Notes: generated by a model from the letters alone, not told the origin. 32,000 bases of DNA from Thermoproteus sp. CP80 (GCF_002077075.2 NZ_LCWM02000015.1:6288-38287), one strand, 5' to 3'; positions 6,286 through 17,737 are shown, counted from the first letter of the stretch. Translations and numbers: made by a program.

Positions 6286-6320
6286 GAAGAGATTTTGATG
6301 GCGAAGAGATTTATAGATGG
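6284..6320 (+). repeat. tandem direct repeat at the outer edge of copy B
   Basis: GCGAAGAGATTTTGATG (6284-6300) is followed directly by GCGAAGAGATTTATAGATGG (6301-6320). Confidence 0.8.
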
Positions 6321-6422
6321 GTGCCTCGATCCCCTTCGTGATGACTAGAGGGTGAGCCCTCCGATGGGTGAGGCTGGTCTGGAGCGCTGATAAAGACGGC
6401 GTGGGCTCCGTCCTGGGGCTGG

Positions 6423-7088
6423 CTACAGATATACGTACTCCATCCAGCCCAGTTGAGGCAGGGAGGAAACGAGGCCGCCTATTATGCGTCTGTACAAGGT
6501 CTCCGTCTCGACCACCTTGGCCTTGGCGGACGTGGCGTCTCCTCCAGCTATCCTTATAAACGCTCTGTACCTTTCGCCGGAGAGCCGGCGGGCCGCGATG
6601 GAGACCTCCTCGACGTTAGAGGGCAGGACGAACGGGGGAGGCCTCTTCGCTACGTACTGCGGGGGAATGGGGCTCGACCTGGCTATTATCTTGCCTATCC
6701 CCTGGGCCGGGCGCTTCCGGCGCCCTCTACCGCCGACCACATGTATCAACGAGGGGCGGGACTTAAGGGCCAGCAGGTACAGCAACGTCGTGTAGTCGAG
6801 CGCCTTCTGGAGCGCCTGTATGGACTCCAGCTTTATCTCCTTGGCGTCTATCTCCAGCGTAAGCCTTCTGCATCCGTTTAACTCCCTCGATATAAACTCC
6901 ATCAAGTTCTCGTAGAGATTGACTGCGTCGTACAACACGACGACCTTGCCGTAGTCGTTAAACGCCAGGCCGTAGGGTTCCACCTTGGCCACCACGTAGT
7001 TGTCGCCTCTATAGACGCCGACCTCGCCGAGGTCTGAGACCACGAAAACGCCGCAGTTCTCCTGCATCGCCTCAATCCTTCCTCGCAA
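6423..7088 (-). CDS. hypothetical protein, last gene of the crenactin/arcadin operon (possible arcadin)
   Basis: 221 aa. Its start overlaps the stop of the SMC-like gene by 17 nt (an alternative Met at 7067 lies 5 nt after that stop). No motif recognised. It has a basic linker (GGRGRRKRPAQG). Confidence 0.6.
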   Translation of the reverse strand: MRGRIEAMQENCGVFVVSDLGEVGVYRGDNYVVAKVEPYGLAFNDYGKVVVLYDAVNLYENLMEFISRELNGCRRLTLEIDAKEIKLESIQALQKALDYTTLLYLLALKSRPSLIHVVGGRGRRKRPAQGIGKIIARSSPIPPQYVAKRPPPFVLPSNVEEVSIAARRLSGERYRAFIRIAGGDATSAKAKVVETETLYRRIIGGLVSSLPQLGWMEYVYL

Positions 7089-9474
7089 ATATATCTTTAG
7101 TTGTTGCTTCGGGTCTCCCCGAGCCGCGCAGCAACTCTATTACCTTCACGTCGACGCCGTTAGCCGCTATCTCCTTGGGCAGATCCTCGGTCTGTGTGGC
7201 CACCACCACTTGGTATTCAGCCGCGAGCGAAGCTATGAGGCCCGCCAGAGACGCCCTGACGCTGGGATCCACGTAGGGCAGAGGGTCGTCCAGCAGAAGG
7301 AAGCCCAGCCTAGGGCCTAACAGCCTGCGCATCGATATCACGAGCGAGAGCGCCACCGCCAACCGTTGCCCATCGCTAAGCTTGGAGATGCCCACGACGT
7401 TTCCATCCGCCAATCTCGCCTCCACCTCGTACGCCTTTTCCCTCAGCGTCAACCCCAACGACGCGATGTCCCTATATGGGTATATCTTTGAGAAATTCCT
7501 CCAGAGCTCATCCTCTATCTCCCCAATTATTCTAGATCTAACATTATATTTTAATATATCTATCTTATTTGATATTTCAGAAAATCTATTGTATGCATAC
7601 ATATACTTCTCCAGCCTCGACCTCAACATATCCAGCTCCTCGTCGACGTTGGCCAAGACCTCCGACAACTTCCTCAACTCGTCGTTAACATCCGCCTTTC
7701 TCCTCCTAATTCTGTCCAGCTCCTCGGAGATCGCCCGGAACTCCTCCTCGGCCTCCAGAGCCGCGCCGCTCAGGCCCAGATTCTTGAGCTCACGCTCCAA
7801 GCCCTCAAGCTCCTCGCGGAGTTGACGCGCCCTGAGCGCCCTGTTGTACCTCCTCAACATCTCCTCTACGGCCTCAGGCGTTACGCTACTCAAGAAGCCG
7901 GCCAACAGCTCGAGACGCCGCGAGATCTGGGAGTAGGACTTAGCCGCTTGGTCCAGCCTCGCCCTGGTCTTCTCCTCCTCGCCGGCCAGCCTCTCCAGCT
8001 CCTCCCTTGCCTTGAGGTACTCAGACACCGTCCCCAGGAGGGACGACAACTCCCTATAGGCGTCCTCCAGGGCCTCCAGCTCCTCCCTCGCCTTCTCCAG
8101 CTGGGCCAGCTCCTGCGAGTACTCCCTCTCTATATCCTTCAGTCTGCTCGACGCGGCGTCTCTGTCCAGCCTGCCGCCGCATACGGGGCACCTCTCGGCG
8201 CCGGTCTCCAGCGCGTATAAGATTATATACCTCAACGACGACGCGTAATGAGTCCTCTTCTCCAGCTCCTTGACCTTTTCCCTCGCCTCGTCCAGCCTCC
8301 TTCTGACCTCCTCGGGAGATCCGTAACGCGCGGAAACCTCCTTGAACCTCCTGTAGGCTCCCTCGAGCTGGTCGACCCTAGCCCTAAGCCTGGAAATCTC
8401 GGTTCTCAGCTCGTCCAGTCTAGCCGCCAGCGACCTCCTCTGGGCGTCGGCCGCCGAGAGGGCCTCCTCCAGGGAGCCTTTTATCTTGGCCAACTCCATA
8501 TAGGCCTCCTGCAGAAGTTCGGCGAGCTTCGCGGCGTCGGGCTCCCTCGATATTTTCTCGAGCATCTGCGGGTCGAGCATGTGCTCGAACTCGGCCATAA
8601 CTCCCACGAACCTATCTCTGAGCTCCTCTATGCGCCCCAGCTCCGAGATATACGCCTCGCGGCCCGACTCCTCCAGCAACTCCAGCTCGGACTTGGCCCT
8701 GTAGTAGGCGTTTATCTTGTCTTGAAGGGCCGATATTTTGTCCATATACCTCCTCCTCTCCTCTAGGAGCTCTCTGTATCTAGCAGATAGATCCGCCTCC
8801 CGGCGCGTGAGGTCCTCGAGCTCTCTCTCCAGCGATGCCTTTACGCCCTTCAGCTTGGACAGACTTCCGTATTTCTCTATCGTGTCTCTATATTTCTCAT
8901 AATACGATATTTTAATTCTAATTTTTTCTATTTCCTTCATTATATTTTTTAATGTAATATTTATTATTTTCTGAATATTATCTAATATATCTATTTGAAG
9001 TATTTTATCTATTAACGAAGTCCTCTTGAGCCTATCGCCGTGTATGAAGTCCTCCAACGCGTAGTGGGATATATAGATCACTCTGTCGTAGTCGTCGCCC
9101 GTTATGCCCGTCATCTCGGCGAGCGCCCCCTCGGCGGCTTCGTCCAGATATCTGCGGTCGTCGAGCTTGAGCTCCAGGCGGCTCCGGCCCCCCCTCCCCA
9201 CCGACCGCCTCACCAGGGCCTTCCTGGTCCCGTCGGCTAGCTCCAGCTCCACCAGGGCGCTGTCGGAGCTCAAGTTGACCAGATCCGCGAGCCTCGCTAT
9301 CCTCTGCCTGACCTCCATCTCCCGCCCGAACAAGGCGAACTCGATTGCCTGGAGCAACGAGGATTTGCCGGCGCCTACCCTGCCGACGATGGCCGTCACC
9401 GGCGATAGCTGGAACTCGTATTCTCCCGAGTAGACCTTGAAGTCCCTCAGCCTAATCCTCGAGATCCTCCACAT
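7072..9474 (-). CDS. SMC/Rad50-like coiled-coil ATPase (arcadin-4-like)
   Basis: 800 aa with Walker A GRVGAGKSS, long coiled coils and a central CxxC hook (ERCPVCGG). The signature is LSDGQRLAVAL and Walker B is FLLLDDP. It lies downstream of crenactin, as in the arcade cluster. Confidence 0.8.
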   Translation of the reverse strand: MWRISRIRLRDFKVYSGEYEFQLSPVTAIVGRVGAGKSSLLQAIEFALFGREMEVRQRIARLADLVNLSSDSALVELELADGTRKALVRRSVGRGGRSRLELKLDDRRYLDEAAEGALAEMTGITGDDYDRVIYISHYALEDFIHGDRLKRTSLIDKILQIDILDNIQKIINITLKNIMKEIEKIRIKISYYEKYRDTIEKYGSLSKLKGVKASLERELEDLTRREADLSARYRELLEERRRYMDKISALQDKINAYYRAKSELELLEESGREAYISELGRIEELRDRFVGVMAEFEHMLDPQMLEKISREPDAAKLAELLQEAYMELAKIKGSLEEALSAADAQRRSLAARLDELRTEISRLRARVDQLEGAYRRFKEVSARYGSPEEVRRRLDEAREKVKELEKRTHYASSLRYIILYALETGAERCPVCGGRLDRDAASSRLKDIEREYSQELAQLEKAREELEALEDAYRELSSLLGTVSEYLKAREELERLAGEEEKTRARLDQAAKSYSQISRRLELLAGFLSSVTPEAVEEMLRRYNRALRARQLREELEGLERELKNLGLSGAALEAEEEFRAISEELDRIRRRKADVNDELRKLSEVLANVDEELDMLRSRLEKYMYAYNRFSEISNKIDILKYNVRSRIIGEIEDELWRNFSKIYPYRDIASLGLTLREKAYEVEARLADGNVVGISKLSDGQRLAVALSLVISMRRLLGPRLGFLLLDDPLPYVDPSVRASLAGLIASLAAEYQVVVATQTEDLPKEIAANGVDVKVIELLRGSGRPEATTKDIFARKD

Positions 9475-9628
9475 GAACTCCCCACTGCGAGAGGAGACTC
9501 CTCACCTTCTCCCGAGCTCCCTTCGGGCCCGAGGATCTATACGCCTTGACCAGATCCAGCATTATATCTATATCGGAGCCCTCAAGGACCTTCCTAGCCT
9601 CCTCCTCCACTATTTTGAAGATATCCAC
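9452..9628 (-). CDS. unlisted 58-aa ORF between the arcadin-2-like and SMC-like genes
   Basis: My own translation from the GTG at 9628: VDIFKIVEEEARKVLEGSDIDIMLDLVKAYRSSGPKGAREKVRSLLSQWGVHVEDLED, with stop TAG at 9452-9454. It fills the 9475-9652 gap and overlaps the SMC-like start by 23 nt. It is below the 60-aa cutoff of the ORF track. Confidence 0.4.
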   Translation of the reverse strand: MDIFKIVEEEARKVLEGSDIDIMLDLVKAYRSSGPKGAREKVRSLLSQWGVHVEDLED

Positions 9629-9652
9629 AGCAGTGCCGCGTCCTGTTTATAT

Positions 9653-11546
<1,894 letters not shown>

Positions 11547-11882
11547 TCAGCTGGGCCTTATTTTTATTACTCCCTGGTCGATCTCTATATCGACGCTGTC
11601 GCCGACGTCGATATCGCCGAGGGACTCCACCTCCTCGTCTGTCAGCCAGACGGTAAGACGCGGCACGGCGATCTTGTTGAGGGAAAACGGCAACGACTTT
11701 ATTATCTGCGACACAAGCGGCATTATCTCCCTCGCCACGGGGACGGACTGCTCATCGGGCGGGGCCATCACCAGGGGGCCTGGGATATCCTTCTCCTCCA
11801 CCACGTCGATCTTCACGTAGCGCGTGCCGGTAGGGTCTGCGACCAGCTGTTTGCTCACCACAACGCCCTTTACCACCACCAC
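11547..11882 (-). CDS. arcadin-1-like small protein
   Basis: 111 aa, immediately upstream of crenactin in the same orientation, with a GTG start and a TATA-like TTTAATTAC about 20-30 nt upstream. Assigned from position and size. Confidence 0.55.
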   Translation of the reverse strand: MVVVKGVVVSKQLVADPTGTRYVKIDVVEEKDIPGPLVMAPPDEQSVPVAREIMPLVSQIIKSLPFSLNKIAVPRLTVWLTDEEVESLGDIDVGDSVDIEIDQGVIKIRPS

Positions 11883-11979
11883 GGGGCTCCATCTAAACCT
11901 GTAATTAAACTTAACCGCATCGGCAGAGGACAGGCGGCGGGCGCCGAGATCGCAACGGCCCGCCTACTCCTCTAAAAAA

Positions 11980-12261
11980 TTACGCCATTTCGAGGATTAC
12001 CTCGACAGCAGCCACCGTCCTCTCCCTTCCGCCTTGGCCCTGGACCTTGTCGCTGAGCAGCTTGACTTCCCTTATGTTGACCTTGCCGGGGAGGAACCTA
12101 TCGCGCACCATCACGGCGGCCGCCACAGCCTTAGATATAGCGGCTCCTCTAGCCTTCAGCACCACCTTCCTCGTGCCGGCGTTGAACGCCATCACCGTGG
12201 CTATTATGTAGTTCGTAGTGGGTTTTTTGCCCACCAATATTGTTTGTTCTGTCGCTGCCAT
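11980..12261 (-). CDS. albA: chromatin protein Alba
   Basis: 93 aa. The sequence (ILVGKKPTTNYIIATVMAFNAG...VVLKARGAAISKAVAAAVMVRDRF) is typical of the Alba/Sac10b family. Confidence 0.9.
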   Translation of the reverse strand: MAATEQTILVGKKPTTNYIIATVMAFNAGTRKVVLKARGAAISKAVAAAVMVRDRFLPGKVNIREVKLLSDKVQGQGGRERTVAAVEVILEMA

Positions 12262-12336
12262 GAACCGCCACGCTATAGACCTTTTTTAAATATTGCCCCC
12301 GCACAGCCGCCGCGCGGATATCTTTAATTAAACTCG

Positions 12337-13092
12337 GTGGATTTGCGCGACGTGGAGGACTTAATATATAAGGCCGCCTACGGCCGACGGCGCGAGATCT
12401 TGCTCACGCTATATAGCGAGGGCACGACCAGTTTAAATAGGCTCAGGAATAAGCTGGGCATCTCGTCGTCGGCGCTTCTATTCGATATCTCCGCGCTGGA
12501 GGCGCTGGGGCTCATCAAGAGAGATGGGGGCTTCGTCGAGCTGACCGACAAAGGGGCCAAGGTGGCCTCTATCCTATCGTCCATAGCCCCTCTGAAGAAC
12601 TTGTCCATGTTGGAGGCGCTGGGGCTACGCCCCTTCGTCGTCCCCATGCTCGCGTCGCCGTACCTCAACGCCGTAGCCGCGTTGCTCCTGGCTATTTGGA
12701 TCGCGTCGATATACATTTCCAGGTCCGCATTAATAGGAGTTATATACAGTTATATTTTTACTAACATTTATTATATTTTATTTGTATCAATTTTATCACT
12801 GACTACTATATTAATATCTATTTATTTTGCTACACGTAGAAAAGTCCATATAACTAATATAATAATCGGGTTATTTCCATTATTAATATATCCATCAATT
12901 TCTATTATAATAAATAATTATAATATTATTTATACATTGAAATTTATATTGTTATTACTATCATGCGGCACTCTATCCACTGCGACATCCTATGACGTGG
13001 GCTCCAAATACGAGACGGCGCTGTTGGCCTATCTCTCTGGCATGTTCATATTTCCTATACTTATCTATTTAATGCTACATGTTTATATATAG
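12337..13092 (+). CDS. membrane protein with N-terminal winged-helix (ArsR-like) domain
   Basis: The N-terminal ~85 aa are HTH-like (RRREILLTLYSEGTTSLNRLRNKLGISSSALLFDISALEALGLI). They are followed by about 5-6 hydrophobic segments. The start may be the in-frame GTG at 12352, given the TATA-like TCTTTAATTAAAC at 12320-12332. Confidence 0.6.
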   Translation: MDLRDVEDLIYKAAYGRRREILLTLYSEGTTSLNRLRNKLGISSSALLFDISALEALGLIKRDGGFVELTDKGAKVASILSSIAPLKNLSMLEALGLRPFVVPMLASPYLNAVAALLLAIWIASIYISRSALIGVIYSYIFTNIYYILFVSILSLTTILISIYFATRRKVHITNIIIGLFPLLIYPSISIIINNYNIIYTLKFILLLLSCGTLSTATSYDVGSKYETALLAYLSGMFIFPILIYLMLHVYI

Positions 13093-13603
13093 ACCTCAGG
13101 AGGATAGTTATGCCACATTAAGTTTACTATCTAGAATAAATAATAGATTCAATATATGTATTGATGTGGGCGCCGGCTCGTGCATACTTACGCGTGAATT
13201 GAGTAGATTCTGTAGACACGTCGTAGCTGTGGACATAAACCCCTACGCCTGCGCCGAATGCAGAAAGTACGACGTGCTGTGCGCCCACGGGCTCTCGGCC
13301 ATATCTAGAGCCGACTTGGTAGTCAGCAATCCGCCCTATCTGCCGCCCGAGGAGCCGCCCAGCGATATGGAGGCCCTAGCTATCTACGACTACGGGCTCA
13401 TCGACCACATATTGAGGTGGGCCTTCGCCTATAGGCCGCGCCTATTGGTGCTGACGTATAGTACTCTCGGGAGGGCCGACCTAATCGAGGAGGCAGCCTA
13501 CGCCCTAGGCAGAATAGTGGATAGGGAGGTAGTCCACCGCTTCTTTGAGGATATAGTCTCTATTGCTGTTGAGCCTCTGGGCCCAGTCTCTGGAAGTTCT
13601 TGA
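13079..13603 (+). CDS. HemK/Mtq2-like SAM-dependent methyltransferase (NPPY class)
   Basis: 174 aa with YRPQEDSY near the N-terminus, SAM motif I DVGAGSC and the catalytic motif VSNPPYLP. Confidence 0.75.
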   Translation: MFIYRPQEDSYATLSLLSRINNRFNICIDVGAGSCILTRELSRFCRHVVAVDINPYACAECRKYDVLCAHGLSAISRADLVVSNPPYLPPEEPPSDMEALAIYDYGLIDHILRWAFAYRPRLLVLTYSTLGRADLIEEAAYALGRIVDREVVHRFFEDIVSIAVEPLGPVSGSS

Positions 13604-14567
13604 GCCTTATATGCAACAACGACTCCAGTATATCGCTTATGTATTCATTTATCCTCACGGCGCTATCTCTGGCCAGCGAGGTGGCCGGATCGGACAGGAT
13701 CACCTCCTTCCTCATCTTGAGGGCCCAGTCCGTTAGGTCCCTATATAGGGCGGTGAGCTTCATGTCGTCGACATTTCCGCCGAAGAAGTCCATCAAGGCG
13801 CCCATGTGCTCCGCAGCTCTCTCCAATATCGGCCTGACAACTCTCAAGTCCAGTTTTTCCTCTTGGTTTATATATGCTATTTTGCATATATGGTCGGCGA
13901 TTCTCTCTATGGACTTGGCAATTATCGTATATTCGACCAAGTCCCGGGGATCCTCGACTTTCAGCTCCAGCATTATGTAGCGCGACATGGCGGCCCTCTT
14001 CAGCTGACGTTCGACCAGCCAGTAGAGCCTGTCCACCTCGTCGTCGCGCTCCGTGACGTCCCTCAGCAGCTCCATGTTGTCGGCCTCCAGGCCCCTTATC
14101 AAGTCGAGCAACATGTTGTCCGTCAGCTTCAACATCTTCAGAGCTACGTCGCCTATGGCCAGCTCGGTCGCCGCCACCATGGCTTGGACGACCAGCTTGT
14201 CGCTGGACTCCTCCGTTATCTCCATATCTATAACCCTCCTCCTCACGAAGTCCTTGAGGTGCTTCCTATACTGTGTAGCCCCGGGGGCGAACCTCATCGT
14301 TATGACCTCGGCCCCTGCTATATAGATCGACATGAATATCTTCTCGAGCTCCTCCAAGCTGGCCCTCTCGCCGATCTGGAGCTCGACGGACAGATATGTG
14401 CGTTTGCCCAATTTACGCGGTATAAGGACCAGCGTGTTGTCCGGCTGAGGCACTATGAGCACCTCGTCTCCTGGCGACAAGTTGGTTCGTCGCGCCCATT
14501 CCTTCGGCAGGCTGACTATGAGGGTGGCTCCGCCCGTCAACTGTACCCTACGCACTTCGCCTTCCAT
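13560..14567 (-). CDS. AbrB/SpoVT-domain plus PhoU-domain protein (phosphate-uptake-regulator-like)
   Basis: 335 aa. The N-terminal swapped-hairpin motif is VQLTGGATLIVSLPKEWARRTNLSPGDEVLIVP. Two helical PhoU-like repeats follow (ERDDEVDRLYW..., IAKSIERIADHICKIA). Confidence 0.7.
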   Translation of the reverse strand: MEGEVRRVQLTGGATLIVSLPKEWARRTNLSPGDEVLIVPQPDNTLVLIPRKLGKRTYLSVELQIGERASLEELEKIFMSIYIAGAEVITMRFAPGATQYRKHLKDFVRRRVIDMEITEESSDKLVVQAMVAATELAIGDVALKMLKLTDNMLLDLIRGLEADNMELLRDVTERDDEVDRLYWLVERQLKRAAMSRYIMLELKVEDPRDLVEYTIIAKSIERIADHICKIAYINQEEKLDLRVVRPILERAAEHMGALMDFFGGNVDDMKLTALYRDLTDWALKMRKEVILSDPATSLARDSAVRINEYISDILESLLHIRLKNFQRLGPEAQQQ

Positions 14568-14678
14568 GTGCTATCTTGAACAGCTATATATAACTATTTA
14601 TTGCATATACTTACTCCCTGTATATATATACAATATAAATAATATGATTAATAATAATTTTTAATATAAATTATATAT

Positions 14679-15824
14679 TTAATCTATAAATTTATTGTTT
14701 TTGATTTTATCTTTTATATAGTCGTGAAGATATTTTAATCCATGTGCCGACAAGGCCTCTATCTCCACCTTCTTCTTGCTCTTCAGGAAGTACTCTAGCT
14801 CTTTCCTCCACACGTCGTTCTGGAACCAGGGATATTTCAGGAGCTCCTGCGCCCTCTTCACGTCTCTGTCGGTAGCTTTTATCACGAATTGATCGGGTAT
14901 CTTGTACCTCTCTATATCTAGGGGCGCCACCCCGAGGAATTTAGCGTTGGGAGTCGCCAGCCTTTCGCTCTCGTAGCTGAGCTTTATAGAGCCGCTCTTA
15001 TATACCGAATAGATGTAGATCCCGTAGGGGTCGCCGTCCGTCAACACGTAGACCGGCAACTTGTACTCCTCGTTGAGCCTTTTGACGAATCTCCTAGTTG
15101 CTCTATCGGGCATGCCCTTGGCCGTTATCAAAACGGCGTTCTCCTGCGACCAGAACTTCTCCCTAACTAGGCGCTGGAAGATGGCGTCCTTCTCTATGAC
15201 CAAGACGTAGGAGGCCTCCACCTTGATTATCTCCAGCGCGTCGACGTTGACGGGAAGGCTCAGGGCTGTCTCGCCGAATTTAGACGCGTCGAGCTCGTAG
15301 CCCTGAGAACGGACGACTATGGGCCCCACCACCTTTCCCTTCACGTCGGCGCTGACGCCCATCTCTTCCCTCAATATATTCGTCGCTACCTCTATGTCCT
15401 CTATAACTCCATTGGACTCCGCTTGTTCATCCCAGGTATTCTCCCTATGGACTCTGCCCAGAGGGTCCTTGAAGACTATAGTGTGCTTTCCGTTGTAGTA
15501 GAGGTCGCGTATCGTGGGGAACACGTCGGCCCTCATGGCCTCCACTATGAGGCTGAGCATCAACACGGTCTGCATGAACCTCCTGGACTCCTTGACGTCG
15601 AGGAACCTCCTGCGTATCTTCTCGGGACCCAGCTTCAACATCCTCGCCCTCTCGTCCCACACAGTGTTGCCTAGAGTGCGGGCCGGTATCTCCATCACGG
15701 GCTCCCTCAAGCTCAACGCGGATTTCGCCAGCTCGGCCCCCCATTCCTCCAACTGCTTCAAAAACCTAGCCCGCTCACCCATGCCCCGCCTCGTACTAGA
15801 TGCTATATATTCTTGAGGGCCCAC
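14679..15824 (-). CDS. top6A: DNA topoisomerase VI subunit A (Spo11 homologue)
   Basis: 381 aa with the Spo11/TopVIA 5Y-CAP region (IRDLYYNGK) and a Toprim region (VLVIEKDAIF, LTDGDPYGIYI). Confidence 0.9.
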   Translation of the reverse strand: MGPQEYIASSTRRGMGERARFLKQLEEWGAELAKSALSLREPVMEIPARTLGNTVWDERARMLKLGPEKIRRRFLDVKESRRFMQTVLMLSLIVEAMRADVFPTIRDLYYNGKHTIVFKDPLGRVHRENTWDEQAESNGVIEDIEVATNILREEMGVSADVKGKVVGPIVVRSQGYELDASKFGETALSLPVNVDALEIIKVEASYVLVIEKDAIFQRLVREKFWSQENAVLITAKGMPDRATRRFVKRLNEEYKLPVYVLTDGDPYGIYIYSVYKSGSIKLSYESERLATPNAKFLGVAPLDIERYKIPDQFVIKATDRDVKRAQELLKYPWFQNDVWRKELEYFLKSKKKVEIEALSAHGLKYLHDYIKDKIKNNKFID

Positions 15825-16041
15825 ACCTCAGAGAGGAGGGCAGATAAAGATGTCATAGTGCAGTATGTGAACAGATGTGCCGTCGCCTCACCGCTGTAGG
15901 CACTCTGTGCGCCGACTTATGGACCGGGCCTCAGGACCTCCGTCCCGGCCGCCATCGAGGGGCCGACCTCTGGCAGGGGCGCCGCTCTGCTGCCGAGAGG
16001 CGGCTGTGGGGCTAGGTCGGCTATCTGCCTAGGGCCGGGGC

Positions 16042-17628
16042 CTACGGAGCCGCCTCGGCCTCCTCCTTAATCGAGGAGCTCATGGACAGGACGTGTTTGG
16101 CGAGCTCCTCCGCGGTGAGGCCCAGCTTGTTCTCTATCAGTTTGTATAGGCTGTTCGCCAGCGCCTCCCTATCCAGACCTGTCACTATGGACATGTCGCG
16201 GGCTATCTCGTCCACGTATTTCGCCAGCGATGTATATCTGTTGAGCATCTCCATTTCTTTCTCCTTCCGGGATAGGTAGATCCTTAACTTCCTCGCGGCG
16301 TCTCTCAACGCGAGCTTCATCTCCTCCTCTATCTCTTGGATCTCCGCTATAGCCTCCTTGCCGGCCGAGGCGTAGGGAATTTTCGTGGAGCAGACGTGGA
16401 TTATTACGGCGACGGGGGCAGGGAACTTCACCTTATAGCTGTCCCAATGGAATTCGTCCACCACCTTCCTCGCCACGTCGGCCCCCTCGTCGTATAGCAA
16501 CGGGATTTTGTTGGCATAGCGCAACAGAATCGGCTTGTCCACCGGCGCTATCTGGCCGCCCCAAGCTATTGCGGCTTCGACTATGAAGGGATACCCCGAG
16601 TAGCTGCTGGGCTTCCTGGTCACGGCGAAGACGGCCTCGGCCCCTAGGATGGACTTCGCGCCCACCTCTAGGAGCTCTTGACCTGCGGGCGAGAGCCAGT
16701 CTGCCCTGGGCCTCCTCCAGCCCTCGTAGGCCTTCATCTTCTCGACGAGGAGGACTATTTCGTCCTGCGTGAGAGAGCCCACGGATCTGTTGGGATCGAG
16801 CGCGGCCCACTCCAGGAAGGACCTCGCCAGACCTTCCCCGACGCCGTCGAAGTTCTTGGCTAAAAACTCGGCTAAAGTCGCCGTCTTGCTCTCCAATATC
16901 ATCTGCTTCACGGTATCCACGTCGACGCTCTTGGGGTGAGGAAGGCCTTCCTTCGGCGGCGTGGGCATCTTGATCGTGCGCCTCTTTAATACCATCTCCA
17001 TATCGGGTCCCTTGAAATATATCTCTGAATATGGGGAAATTATCGCAGTTCTTCTTAGGTATTCCTCTATCCTTTTCTTCGAATTTAGCCAATTGCCTTC
17101 TATGACTACCTTCACGGCGGTGCCGTGCCATTTATATTTATTATTATATTCCTTCATGTCAACTATTATAGGTTCATTTTTCGTCGTATCTATCATTATT
17201 CTATATTCATATATCTTGTCCGAGCGAACAGCCGCCGATCTTACCAAAAGCGGTCGGTTGGTGGTGCTCTGGGCGTATAGAACAACCATCTTGAGGCCGA
17301 GCCCGAAGACGCCCCTGTGCTGTTTTATCTTGTACTTGCTGCTGTAGAAAACACGGCCGAAGACGTTAGGTATCTCCTGGCCGGGTATCCCCACTCCGTT
17401 ATCCTCTACATATATCGAATACCAGCCCTTGGCCTCGTCCACAGGCCTTATCGAGACCGTTATATTCGGCAATATGCCGTAGGGCTCCGTGGCGTCGAAG
17501 CTATTCTCGACGAGCTCCCTGACGGTCTGGTACATCGCCCTCGCGGGGTTTTGGAACCCCGCTATCTCTCTATTCCTCCTGAACCATTCCGCTACAGGAA
17601 GGGCCTCGTAGGCATAGGTAATAGCCAC
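16042..17628 (-). CDS. top6B: DNA topoisomerase VI subunit B (GHKL ATPase)
   Basis: 528 aa with a Bergerat fold (ELVENSFDA, DNGVGIP, GVFGLGLK). GTG start, with the TATA-like GCTTTAAATCGCC about 20-30 nt upstream. Confidence 0.9.
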   Translation of the reverse strand: MAITYAYEALPVAEWFRRNREIAGFQNPARAMYQTVRELVENSFDATEPYGILPNITVSIRPVDEAKGWYSIYVEDNGVGIPGQEIPNVFGRVFYSSKYKIKQHRGVFGLGLKMVVLYAQSTTNRPLLVRSAAVRSDKIYEYRIMIDTTKNEPIIVDMKEYNNKYKWHGTAVKVVIEGNWLNSKKRIEEYLRRTAIISPYSEIYFKGPDMEMVLKRRTIKMPTPPKEGLPHPKSVDVDTVKQMILESKTATLAEFLAKNFDGVGEGLARSFLEWAALDPNRSVGSLTQDEIVLLVEKMKAYEGWRRPRADWLSPAGQELLEVGAKSILGAEAVFAVTRKPSSYSGYPFIVEAAIAWGGQIAPVDKPILLRYANKIPLLYDEGADVARKVVDEFHWDSYKVKFPAPVAVIIHVCSTKIPYASAGKEAIAEIQEIEEEMKLALRDAARKLRIYLSRKEKEMEMLNRYTSLAKYVDEIARDMSIVTGLDREALANSLYKLIENKLGLTAEELAKHVLSMSSSIKEEAEAAP

Positions 17629-17737
17629 GTGGGGGGTAATATGGGCGATTTAAAGCTTTGTCGCCAGCCGCCGACGCCGGGGGCGGCCCAACGACGGCTC
17701 CGCCCGGCGCGGTGCGCGTCGGACCGGGCGCGGGCCT

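Noticed and set aside
5650-6300. RNase P RNA (type T) or SRP RNA hidden in the GC-rich structured region.
   Set aside because: GAGGAAGGCCGCG (5941-5953) resembles the CR-I GAGGAAAGUCC motif, and GCAGAAUCGGGG (about 5873-5884) resembles ACAGAA. However, they are in the wrong order for RNase P. I found no SRP helix-8-type CCGGAAGGGAGCA motif. This cannot be excluded without covariance-model scans, so it is listed as a check and not a call.
6423-9474. The SMC/Rad50-like ATPase plus the downstream 221-aa gene as a defence system (Rad50/SbcC-, Wadjet- or Lamassu-like).
   Set aside because: The ATPase is embedded in, and translationally coupled to, the crenactin/arcadin operon. There, an SMC-like arcadin is an established component. 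No nuclease motif was seen in the partner.
14568-14678. The extremely AT-rich 111-bp spacer between the PhoU-like gene and top6A as a replication origin or DNA-unwinding element.
   Set aside because: No ORB or mini-ORB-like repeats and no cdc6/orc1 gene are nearby. It is adequately explained as the promoter region of the PhoU-like gene plus the 3' end of top6A, in a genome with frequent AT islands.
15825-16041. A C/D-box sRNA or tRNA in the top6B-top6A spacer.
   Set aside because: No RUGAUGA/CUGA pair with sensible spacing was found on either strand, and no cloverleaf could be drawn. Only the inverted repeats reported as a finding were seen.
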